A stretch of DNA of 51,469 nt, the filler included, from Sphacelaria rigidula (taxonomy: Eukaryota): the NCBI GenBank assembly GCA_964200075.2. It is 3 parts of 3 records of this genome, joined end to end, with 100 filler letters (N's around TTAATTAATTAA, not from the genome) between each part and the next. Parts side by side here need not be neighbours in the genome. Positions count along the whole stretch, not along the records: positions 1 to 17,094 come from CAXNAA020001171.1; positions 17,195 to 34,282 come from CAXNAA020001172.1; 1 more part is not named here. One strand, written 5' to 3'. Both the position numbers and the translations under genes were made by a program. Under the pieces are notes generated by a model. That model saw nothing but the letters and a program-made list of their open reading frames with translations, ran no database searches and was not told the origin of the DNA. Positions 13,101-23,207 of this stretch are shown in pieces (position 1 is the stretch's first letter; every line of letters starts with the position of its first letter).

Positions 13101-13961
13101 GGCTCCCCAGGCCAGGTCACATTCGATCACAGGTAATTAGTATCGCGGCTTGACCTTGAAAAATAAGAGGGCAGCCTCATTTTCAAATTTCGACATGATG
13201 AAATGTGAGGCTGGGGCACGCTCTCTCTGCAAATAGAGCTAGTGTGTGCGGCGGTACATGTACACAAGGAGAAACTATTGGGTACCACCTATTCGAGCTG
13301 CTGGCCATCTGGGGTTATAGGGACCATTCGGTGAAGAAAGAGCTGCAGTGAGACGCCAGCGGCGATCTGAAATTGTAAGCTGCAGAAAGTAGAAAATTGT
13401 ACTTGTTGGGTTTCCGTTTGCAGTACATTTAAAGTCGTGTGCGTTTCACGTTGTGTCAGTTGGCAAGAAGATGCTGAGAGGAAATGGAGAACCATGGAGG
13501 AAAAAAAAACGAAGAGAGCAGCTGAACATTCTTTCATCAGCCTGCTCGCCAATAATAGCACACCTGAATATGAATATGCATGGCCTTTGAGCCGGTGCTT
13601 CGTCTCACTCGAAGGCCACAAGGAATGAATGACTGGGCAATAAGCTGAGGCACATTTTTGCATGAAACAGACATGTACATGGTTACTCACGCGGGAGCCT
13701 CTAACCAAAGTTGAAAACAACACAATCACACGCACACACACAAAGGGCGAAAAACAAAATATCAGCTTTGTCCAAAACGAAATCGCAGCAGTTACTGTGT
13801 ATTCGGAGAGCTACTTACGGCTATACATACATCCATACAGACGACATACATGGACACATCACGGGCCTCTCCAGCGAAGAGTGGAATTTCCATCCGACGT
13901 TCACCTCATTCGGTGCTGGGCCCTGCTTCTCATCGTTATCCGAATCCCCAGGCTCTTGCAT
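5564..13961 (-). CDS. Zn(II)2Cys6 (GAL4-type) transcription factor, whole-gene model join(13961..13905, 9073..7967, 7129..5564), about 909 aa
   Basis: C-x2-C-x6-C-x5-C-x2-C-x6-C motif CDFCVRLKRACDGKSPCTLCSRRNKPC at 8954-9034, followed by a basic linker (RKKSGPAKGTKYAPRRKR). Both introns are GT-AG and phase 0. The first exon is inferred and less certain. Confidence 0.8.
7378..7887. mobile_element. Stowaway/Tc1-mariner-like foldback MITE (510 bp) in the TF intron
   Basis: TA|CTTCCTTTATCCCATAAGTA ... TACTTATGGGACAGAGGAAG|TA with TA target-site duplication. The inverted arms extend about 235 bp, almost to the centre. The terminus resembles the Stowaway CTCCCTCCGTCCCA consensus. Confidence 0.9.
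7967..9073 (-). CDS. Zn2Cys6 TF exon carrying the DNA-binding domain
   Basis: Branch-like CTGAT plus tactcAG acceptor at 9074 (NAGNAG alternative 3 nt downstream); donor CTG|GTGAGT at 7967/7966; 369 open codons containing the Zn-cluster motif. Confidence 0.9.
10310..10470 (+). mobile_element. tRNA-derived SINE head and body
   Basis: A-box-like TGGCTCGGTTGG (10317-10328) and B-box GGTTCGAATC (10361-10370). The downstream body is homologous to the minus-strand copy at 29862-30003. No intact cloverleaf. Confidence 0.7.
10541..10645 (+). repeat. Dispersed repeat, (CA)n-tailed family, copy 1
   Basis: CTGTGTTGGCC...GTGACCCCCGCTGGTGCGCCCAC...TGGCGTCTAGAATAGATGGGACAACACAC matches the copies at 31952, 34452 (minus) and 37057. 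Confidence 0.8.
11771..11871. mobile_element. piggyBac-type MITE (about 101 bp)
   Basis: cTAA|CCCTTTGACCGCCAG ... CTGGCGGCAAAGGGG|TTAA: imperfect 15-bp TIRs with CCC..GGG ends and a TTAA-like TSD. Confidence 0.6.
13905..13961 (-). CDS. Putative first coding exon of the Zn2Cys6 TF (MQEPGDSDNDEKQGPAPNE); the full exon probably spans 13905..14127
   Basis: Pyrimidine-rich acceptor ctctttcttccgtgccctgctgcAG at 14128; donor GAG|GTGAAC at 13905/13904; phase 0 joins cleanly to QESQEPAVELRRSC. The join across a 4.8-kb intron is inferred. Confidence 0.55.
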
Positions 13962-15219
13962 TATCGCATTTTCGAGCGCCTGCTGTGCCTTGGGAACTGG
14001 CAACGGCGTACCAAAGTCGCTCTGCGTTATGGTTGCGCCGTGGTTCGTGCGTGCCTTTTGGAAGGAGAGATGAAGTGATGATGACCGCGAGGAAGTTGTG
14101 TGCTGATTGTTTGAGAAACCTGTGCACCTGCAGCAGGGCACGGAAGAAAGAGGGCGCAAGTGTATACAGTACTCGTATATTTTCAGTTTTTTTTTCACAT
14201 GTCGTTGGTCTGGCTGTGTCTACAAACGGAATTATTTATTACAGGGTGAGATAAAGAGAAACGAAAAGGTTTCAGACTTTCACCGCCGGATGAGCATTTG
14301 AAAAATTATGCGAGCGGAGATGCTCCAGCTACGTGCGGTGTAAAAATGGAATGCGGTAAGCTGCAAGATGGACAAAAGCACACCAGCATGATGGTCACAC
14401 CATGGAGGTTTATACCAACTGCGCATGATGCCCCGTGGGTCGTGTGTGCGCGCTACATTTTCGGTGTTTGTCGTCTGGGGCTGCAAAGAAGGCGGAGCAA
14501 TATTTCGGCCCGACCTTGTAAAATCTCGGTCCATTTCAGCCACACCAGACAGCACAGACAGGACAGTACAGGACGGCCCAGTTATGTACAGTAGAGTGCT
14601 GTGCCGACGTAGATCAACACAGTACAGTAGTGGCGTACATGCGATTTTACGTACTTTCTCAAGCTAGTGATACGTATGCGATGCGGTCTGGGACGTTGGG
14701 GTACATAGTCCACGCGATGCGAACAGCACACAAGTGTCCGCGCTGCCGTGTTGTTCATTCGGGCGTTCAACTTTATTCACAAACGAGGACGAGTACATCG
14801 AACTATTGCAGTCTTTATCCTTCTCTAGTATAAAAATGTCTCTCCTTCTCGGAAATCGTCTGCGTAGTGCAAACGAGCGCGATGAGATGTGACACAAAAG
14901 AGCATGCGCGTCGGTGTATGTAGGTATGTGGTCTGGGTGTGACGACTGAGCTGATTGCGATACGTTCGAGTGTGTGGCTGGGTGCTGCTGTACATCTCGT
15001 TCGTCGCTTGCTCTTCACAACGCTACTATAATATCAAGGTCGCTCAATCAAGCGACGCTTGATCAGCCCATGTCGTGCACCCGCCAACCCCCGCCTTCTT
15101 CATTGATCCAACCAAGCTGATATTTAAAAACGGTCCAATGGTTGACTATTGAGCACTTCTCGTGACAACACAAACAAACCGAGCCGCATCATCATGGTGA
15201 AATCCGTTCGTTGTATCAT

Positions 15220-15425
15220 GTAAACACGGCACAACACAGGCAGACGTACAAACATAGAGACGGACGCAACGCAAACGTAGATGCACACAGGCAAACACAG
15301 ACATGAACATACACAGAAGGATGTAAGGACATAGACACAAACATACAGACAGAGAAACACACACACACATATACACAGAGTGACATATACACGGAGAGAG
15401 ACAGACGCAAAACACGCACACCATT
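15220..15425. repeat. Degenerate (CA)/(GACA)-rich simple repeat
   Basis: Low-complexity tract that produces Cys/Val-rich pseudo-ORFs on the minus strand. Confidence 0.75.
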
Positions 15426-16468
15426 GAACAATACAAGCATGTGTGTACGCGCGTCCGCGCTACCAAAGGCACACATCTCTGGTCACCTGCTGCGATGAAG
15501 ATAGTCAGTCTGTAGTTGGCAGAGGCAAGTTGGCTGTGTAGGGTACGTCGCCCCGCCCGTTAGTTCTCCCTTCTCACTTGATACAGAAAATATTCCCGAA
15601 GTGGTCTACTGGTAATTCCGTATGATCATAATATTTTCTTCACGTACGTTCGTCGAAACGCCTTCTCATCCCCAGTCAGATATTTGGCTCACAAAGATAT
15701 CCCGTTCTCTTCTGTAGAAACCGACACACCACGGATCGACAAGTATCGCTTGGTTGGTTTCTGTGCTCAACTCTAGAGCTGAGCTCCGAGTTTGAGCTAT
15801 GTGATGTAAATGCGACACTTTTTTCAAGGTTGGTCGGGTGAAACGGGCGGACGAACAACATCATCGCAGCCGATACAAAGCTGGCTTCACGGCGATCAAA
15901 CTACTTCAGTACTAGTGCTGCCGCTCTCGTTACGTTGATGGCTCCACCATGCGGCGTGTGGCGTAGACATATTTTGAGTCGAATACCGCGCCGGAGAATG
16001 CCCATATCCACAACCGCCGAGCTCCGGCACAACCAATGTTGTGGAGCGCCAGCTCTTTTTCTGACAGTTGTCTTTATATCTGCTCTCTCTATACTATATG
16101 AGATAAACTCTACAATTAGTACCTTCCCAGTCTTTGCAGCACGATTACGACAAATGCGGGCAAGAAATTGCCCTGCCGTATCCTCTCCCTCGAGAGGAAA
16201 GAATAATTTGTCAATGCGATGAAGAAAAACATCCATTACTGTATATTACTGTTGAGGACAGGTGCATAACGGGTGCCGGCAGGCACTGCAAGGATACCCC
16301 GGGTGATGACTTACTTGGTTATAAAACATATACTATCTGTACTTCGAAGTATCATTTAGGGCGTGTCTTGGCACTTTTTTTTTCTATCGAAAAAGTGCTA
16401 TCGAAAAAAAATGTCCTACAAGTATCTGATACAGGCTGGGCCAGCCTAGAGGCTGAATGAAAGTTTGC

Positions 16469-16755
16469 AGGCGGATGCGCCGGCCAATATTTGGAGTTAT
16501 TAGACCCTGAAATTTGGGATGGATAATGCATGGGACATAATAAAAATCGGGAAGAAGCAAATGAAGCTTTTTTTTTTTTTGTGAGATAAGGGCGTTTTGC
16601 TGAAACCCGAAAACTGATTATTGCCCTTAAATAAAAAAAAAAAAAAACTTCATGTGCTTCTTACCGATTTGTTATTATGCTCTATACATTGTCCATACCA
16701 AATTTCAGGGTTCAACTCTGAGTTCAACTCTGAATATTGCCCAGCGCATTCGCCT
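16469..16755. mobile_element. Degenerate foldback/MITE (about 290 bp)
   Basis: Left arm AGGCGGATGCGC..CCCTGAAATTTGG..CATAATAAAAATCGGGAAGAAGCAAATGAAG-Tn mirrors right arm An-CTTCATGTGCTTCTTACCGATTTGTTATTATG..CCAAATTTCAGGG..GCGCATTCGCCT. Termini are not resolved. Confidence 0.75.
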
Positions 16756-17094
16756 TTTTAAAATCGGATCGGCAAAAATTCGGAACAGTATTTCGCAGGC
16801 CACTCACCGGCCCACGTTTGGTTTTTGTGTATTGCAAATTTGTATAGGCCCTCGCCAGGGCATGATTAACAAAACTCAGTGGACCAGATTTTTTTCATTC
16901 GTTTTTTCACTACTAACTGAGGGCGTGATAGTATGGTAAAGATCATTTCTTCACGAGAACGCCCTATAATTTCTACGGGAAAAAAAATGGAGGCCCTTCC
17001 CCTTGATTAGATGATTCATGCGATATGCATATTACGGCCCAATTCGTTTGCGGTGATGAGATATTGCTCTGCCAGGTTAAAATCCGTTTCTGGG

Positions 17095-17194
17095 NNNNNN
17101 NNNNNNNNNNNNNNNNNNNNNNNNNNNNNNNNNNNNNNTTAATTAATTAANNNNNNNNNNNNNNNNNNNNNNNNNNNNNNNNNNNNNNNNNNNN
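17095..17194. other. Assembly spacer N44-TTAATTAATTAA-N44
   Basis: Exactly 100 nt with a 12-mer giving stop codons in all six frames; identical to the spacer at 34283-34382. Confidence 0.98.
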
Positions 17195-19630
17195 ACCGGT
17201 CCTCATGTACCTTGGCTATTGTTCTCATTGAGCATGGCGGCGGAAGCCGCCGAAACCCTTTATATATATATATATATATATTGATGTCGTGGGACTGCAT
17301 ACACATTGCCCGCAAAATGTATACTGGTACCGTGGGATTACACACATTTTGTCTCATCGATATATGTTTGGGCAGTGTGGGCGACGACATATTGCACGAC
17401 CAATATCTATTAGGGTCGCATTGGTGAAAACATATTGTCCGGTCAATGTATAGTGGGGCCGCGTGGGTGCTAATGTATTGGCCGGTCAATATGTATATAT
17501 ATACAGTATTGGATATTATAGGTATGCTGAACGCTTTGAGAAGGAAGCCGCAGAAGGAAGCCGCACAAGTTCGCGTGCATTGCTACGGAGAGTTATCGAA
17601 TACGTTTGATATATGTCTTGGCCGAAAAATATGATGACAGAAGAGGCGACTCGGTATATACGGCTTCTTATATCTATCTGGCCACCGGTGCGGTGCCGTC
17701 TATCCCCTTCACAGTATGTAATATATCTTGGCTACATAATACGACGGAAGAAAACGCGGGTCGATATGCGCCTTTTGGTACCCCTCTGGTCACCAGTGCT
17801 GTGCTGCTTTTACCCTGGACAATACAAGATGTTCCAATATGATATCAATACTTTGTGTTGGAGACAAGCCAAATATTGTTCTTTCAATATATTTTGTTTT
17901 GAGATATCCTCGGAGACATTGAAGCAACGACATATATTTCTCCTGTCATGATGGTGAAGTAGTGCATGACAATATATATTGAACATGCATTTGCTCCGGG
18001 AAAAAACATTGAATATATATTGTGCCTGCCGGCCGTGCATGTATTCACGTGTCAATGTATATCAAGTCGAAGCAATGCGTAACATATTGGCGCCCCATTG
18101 TCTCGTAAATGAAATTGGAGTTCCCAACGGCGCTAGTGACACGTTAATATATATAGTAAACGAAATTGGAGTTCCTAACGGCGTTACTGACACATGCGTA
18201 CGTGAGTAAAGCGGTACAGCGCTCACTCTGACGGAGTAAATGCTACACACTATACATACTACAACGGTACCGTTGTAATATTCCAATAATACAACAGACA
18301 GACTACGACGATACCGTTGTAAGATTACAATCACAATCGATGTCAGGTGGGAATGGGTGCTAGGATGGGAACAAAGATGACGTACCGTATCACCCTGTCC
18401 GTCGTCTTGGGCCATATTTCCCTATGGTCGTCTCCCGCCGGCAGCGCTAATTCGTCATAACTCATCGCTTTGCGCCTCATCACCATTCCAAGCGTGGGTG
18501 TTTATCTCACCATCTGTACATACTCATAGCTCGCCAAACGGTAAATTCTCCCCGCTTGTGCTCATCGGCCAATTCTATTTTCTTCCCGTTTTTATTGTTT
18601 TCCCCCTGTCCAAAAAATAAAAACAATATCCCAACAAACATTAATTAATCAATAAAATAATTGTTATATAAAAATAATTAATTATTGTCTTTTTCTTGTC
18701 CAAAAAATAAAATTAATTTCCCATCCCAACCAACCATCCATCCTCAAACAATATTTTATTAATTAAATTTACCGTTACGTAATTGTACACAAACGATGTA
18801 ATTTTTTTTTTTCCAATATATATATTGCGCACGCTCATGGCATAACTATCGTGCACCCAACATATATTGAAGATGCTCGCGGAGGAATATACTGAGCGTT
18901 TTCGGCATCTGGTGATACATCTTTCAATGGCGCCTGCGAACATAAAACTGCCCACCATACTAACTCCAGAACGATTTTTAATCTACATGATAAATCATCA
19001 ATATATATATATGTATATATTGCTACACCAACGTGTATTGTGACCGTCGGTTCCCTCGTGTAGTGTCCGCCCAATATATATTGAACGCATTGACGCACGA
19101 CCTTTCTTGGCGGCAATATATCACACCTTGGACAATATATGGTACAGAGTTTCAATAGACAAGAAACGTACTGCATAAATTATAGGCCTAGTGCGACTAT
19201 TGTCGGCCGGCAGTAGTTGCACTAGGCCCATACTTTATGCAGTACACTTCTCGTCTATTGCATCTATTGACCATGTATTGTCCAGGGTGTGCAAAATATA
19301 TATTGGCACTTCGGGTGTTGACTATATTGAATCGTCAGTATATTTTGACCTCGGGTGGCAGCCAATATATTACTCGATAAATAAATACTGGCGCCTTACC
19401 GCACCAACATATTACTCGACCAACATACATTGAGGTGGCGCGTGTCGTGATACGTTGTTCGGTCGATATATATCACGTATCGCAAGCCTTGACATATTGA
19501 TGGCACAATATAATATTGACCTGGCTCTCGTGCCATCATATTGCTCGCCCAATATATGTTGACAACCCGACGCGTCGACATATTATTGAGCGGGCAATAT
19601 ATATTGCATACAGTGTTGTATTGTCCAGGG
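17195..19630. repeat. AT-rich decayed repeat region with short reiterated motifs
   Basis: Recurrent CAATATAT/ATATATTG, GACAATA and ACCCTGGACAATAC in both orientations (about 17814 plus; about 19275 and 19618 minus). A short tandem duplication GAAATTGGAGTTCC(C/T)AACGGCG lies at about 18110 and 18162. No credible ORF. Confidence 0.55.
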
Positions 19631-19800
19631 TGTGCAGAGTTTACAGAACTGTCGGGTATCGGTACGAGTATGAAAGTCTTAAAAGTCACAGGAATGTCGG
19701 GTGCCGGTACGAAAGTCTGACGAGTACAGAGATTACAAAACTGTCGGGTACACGGTAAACAGTAAATACCCGGGAAGATACCGCGGGTATACCCATACGA
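19630..19800. repeat. Degenerate minisatellite-like repeat (ACAGAACTGTCGGGTA..GGTACG units)
   Basis: Three diverged units: ttacagaactgtcgggtatcggtacg, tcacaggaatgtcgggtgccggtacg, ttacaaaactgtcgggtacacggta. Confidence 0.6.
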
Positions 19801-20079
19801 GTAGAGAAAACAGATCCCTACAGAACACAACATTGCAAAAATCTTTCCCCATGCATGAGCGTTGTACCTAGAAAAATCTGGCTATGTCTCACTGCTTGCT
19901 TGCTCGTGGGTGTCACTATCATACCAAATATGATTCTATCGAGTTAGCGTTGCGTCCTGTATCTAGAGAGCAATGATTTTTCACCCTGAACCAGCTTGTA
20001 TCTGCAACCGCGACCCCCGCCGGCCAGCAGGTGGAGACAACTCGACACAACGCAACACCATGCGGGAACACAGGCGTAC

Positions 20080-20275
20080 CTTAATGCCCACATCCACCAT
20101 CCTCGGGGTGAGACCATCAGAACTGACGTGTGTCGACAGCTCGTGTCCGGAATCATTATCGTCACTTGTCGTGGAGCTCATCAGGGCTTGTGATCGCCGC
20201 AGAGTTGGCAATCGAGGCGAGAATGTAGTAATTCGCCCCATAATTCCCTGGCAGATAGCTTGTCTTATGGCCATG
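20080..20275 (-). other. Candidate 5' exon of an unidentified minus-strand gene divergent from the VPS13-like gene
   Basis: Acceptor cactgttttacAG at 20276, donor AAG|GTACGC at 20080/20079, open frame ending MSSTTSDDNDSGHELSTHVSSDGLTPRMVDVGIK. No downstream partner exon identified. Confidence 0.3.
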
Positions 20276-20659
20276 CTGTAAAACAGTGAAGAACAACGCT
20301 GTTCACAGTGTAGAACGAGTTGTACCTCACGTCGAGTTATACTTTCGGTTTTTAAAAGCAGCCGAGCATTTCGTGACACCGACCCCCACGTTGTCCGTTC
20401 ATCCCCTACACGTTCTCTACATCTAATAGACGATAACACGGACTACTGTAATCCCTCTGGACCAAGAGGCTGCTAGCTGACACTCTTGGTATCTTCATGT
20501 TTTTCGATCATGTATTTGACTTGTATGCGCAGTCCCGTCGCTTGTGGAGAGAGTGATGACCGCGTTTACAGTGTCCACACAGGTACGGTGTCTACATGCA
20601 TGGTACAGTATAAAGCAGACACAGAGGAGAATATACGTATAGTAGGACTAGTATGCGGA

Positions 20660-20688
<29 letters not shown>
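20660..20688. repeat. (AAT)n microsatellite
   Basis: Perfect AAT run. Confidence 0.95.
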
Positions 20689-20690
<2 letters not shown>

Positions 20691-21230
20691 GGGAGGAATA
20701 GTGGGGAGGAATATATGCCAACACGAACACACACAGTGATTAATGACGCCGGCAATAGAGCCAGCTATCACCTCGATGACCTTCATGACTATTAATTAGC
20801 ATGAATTAAAACGCACATAGATGGTCATGATATAACTTTCAAACAGAACACAGAACACTTTCATTGCATTACAGACTCTACTCTCGTCTTACCTCACTTC
20901 AACTGCTGTCCTGCACACCCGGTTTCAGGTAGAACCACGATATCCCTCGAGAGGGAAGTAACCACAGCCTTCCGGAAGTCGAGTGGCCTCTTTCAGGGAA
21001 TTTCACGGCAGTGCCTGCCGGCAAGTGGCATTCCGTGAAGGTGCGGCATAACACGTTTCATACAGAACAGTAGATCAGAGAGAGAGCAGCCTCTCTTTCT
21101 TCTCAGAGAGACCCTCGCACCAGTGTGCTGTTGTGGGGGTCAGCGATCACATTTTGTTGTACTGCACTGGACTGCACTACACGTCGCTACTTACTGCCTG
21201 TCTACTGTTACGCTCTACAGTGTCGGCATC

Positions 21231-23207
21231 ATGGCTGTTGGCTTGGCAGCAAGCGTGGCCTTCCTTGCTGTAGTAAGCTTCATACTGTGGCTCATTTTCA
21301 ACACCGTGGTGAGTTTCATAGCAGTAAAGCTGGGTCTTGTGCGACCCGGGGTCCCGAATGCACGTGGCGGCATCTCACCGCTTCGTTTCCGGGTAGGGCC
21401 TACCTTCGTGGGGGTGCGGCTCAAGCGCATTTTACTAGCCCAGAGGTCTTTGGAACTCATTGCCTCTTTTCTGGTTGGGCTTTACCCGGTGGAGGTGGCG
21501 GAGGTTCGAATTTTTCGATGCAAGACAACTTTCAGTTATGGCCTGAGAAAGTTTTTGGTTGCCTTGTTTACGGGGCGTGCGAAGCGTGGGATTCTGGCGC
21601 CGAAGCTGATCGTGCGCGCCAAGAACGTGCGCATCGTCCTCAGGAGCAGCTCGGAGGAGTCGTGGAAGCTGCAGAAAGAGGCCGTCGACGCTAGCATCGA
21701 AAATAGCAACCATGCCGTGGCTAATTGGCTGACAGAGCTGATAGATAAAAGAATGAACCAACGTGGCACCAGGGAGGCGGAGGCAGAGGCGGCGTCGCCG
21801 CCTCCCAATGCCTTGAGCAGACTTATCGACGCCTTCATTAATGGACTCGACGTGGACGTTGAAGGCTTCCACATCAGCTGGGCTTCGGAAAACTTTGGAG
21901 TGTCGGCTATTAACCAGGGAAATACTGCTGCGCACAGCAGGAGGTCACCACAGCAACCACACAGCAACAGCGGCGAAGGGAGTTTGGGTCCCCGCAGCAA
22001 AGAATGGAACATGGGACTCATGATGAAGCGCTTCAGTCTAGCGCCAGGCGGACCACCGACGCCAGAGACCATGGGGGTCACGCCCCGCGCGATACATGTC
22101 GATGTGTTTGACGCATACCTAGACCAGAATGACGTGCCCTCACCAGGATCAGGTAGTCGCAGCAGTGCCAGCGATTCGAGGGTGCCGGGCGACGCGAGCG
22201 CCATTGTCGTACATGACGAAGTCGACAGCGAGAGGAACGCCAGCCCAGTTCTGCCCGAGTTCGCGTTGGACGGGAGCCACAATACCATAATCAGTGTAGA
22301 CAATGTGAACGCAACGTTGCTGTTCCCGGACGTCATGTCAGTCCTTTTATCCCCTGACAAACAGCCGCAGGGTAACGGGAAGCTACTGGGATTGTGGTTG
22401 GACGAAATGGACGGGGTGGTAGTCCACCTCGAGCCATTCCAGGTCTACGGCTTGTTAACCGATGTCCTCCCCGTCTTGTCGTTGTCCGGCAAATACACGG
22501 AGTGGTACACGGCGACGCGTCTACAATGGCACAAGGACACGCTCGCCCGACCTCTTGGCATCAGCGACAGAGGGGATGGCAAAGGTGCGGGGGGGGGAGT
22601 CCCCGACGGCGACAAAGAACTGCAGGTATACGCCGAGGCACTGGGGTACCCAGAAACTACCGAGGCCGCCTTCGATGGGAGTGAAAGTGATGATGACAGC
22701 AGAACACGCGGTAGAGGAAAGCAACGAAAGAAAGGGAAGCGTGACAGCGCGAAGCTCAAGGAATTGGATAAGAACATGACTCTCGTACAAATAATGCTCA
22801 CTCGGATGCGGGTGCGGAAATGGGAATTCGAACGCCCTGAGCGCGTCTCGAATGGGTCCAAGGCTTTGCTTGATCAGATTGATCCCTTTCAGGGAGTGCC
22901 TGCCAACGAGATGGGAGGAGGCGTCGAGGCTGGTTCCGGGATTGATATCGATGGCAATGCGGTCGGCGCAGATGGTGTTGACAGCGGCCAGACAGTAGTT
23001 TCCAGCACAGAAGAGGCCGTTATTGCCGGTGGCACTGCCGATGTCGGAAACAAATCTCCGTATGCGTCAGATCAAGAGGCGCCGTCTGAGCTTTCGAGGC
23101 AAGGTAGCCTCGACTGCCAGCTGACTCGGTCTCCCAGTGTCCAGCTTCAGACGACCGAGCCGGAGGAAGCAGCTCGGCTCGAGGCCCTTTTGTATCTGAC
23201 GGCGCAG
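21231..23207 (+). CDS. VPS13-like coding exon 1 (hydrophobic N-terminus plus Chorein-N-like domain)
   Basis: Acceptor ctctacAG at 21220 ends a 5'UTR intron; ATG at 21231; donor CAG|GTGAGC at 23207; 659 codons. Confidence 0.9.

Noticed and set aside
11100-13200. Possible decayed transposase or LRR-like coding fragments (YSDAYDG; LPHVEELMRVHLEAPPTPLLQRLDL)
   Set aside because: The resemblances are short and frame-broken with no consistent exon chain, so no family can be assigned by eye.
17139-17150. TTAATTAATTAA as a biological motif
   Set aside because: It is an artificial linker embedded in Ns.
21123-21230. GTG-started extension of the 721-aa ORF
   Set aside because: Eukaryotic context; the segment is a 5'UTR intron ending in ctacAG at 21220.
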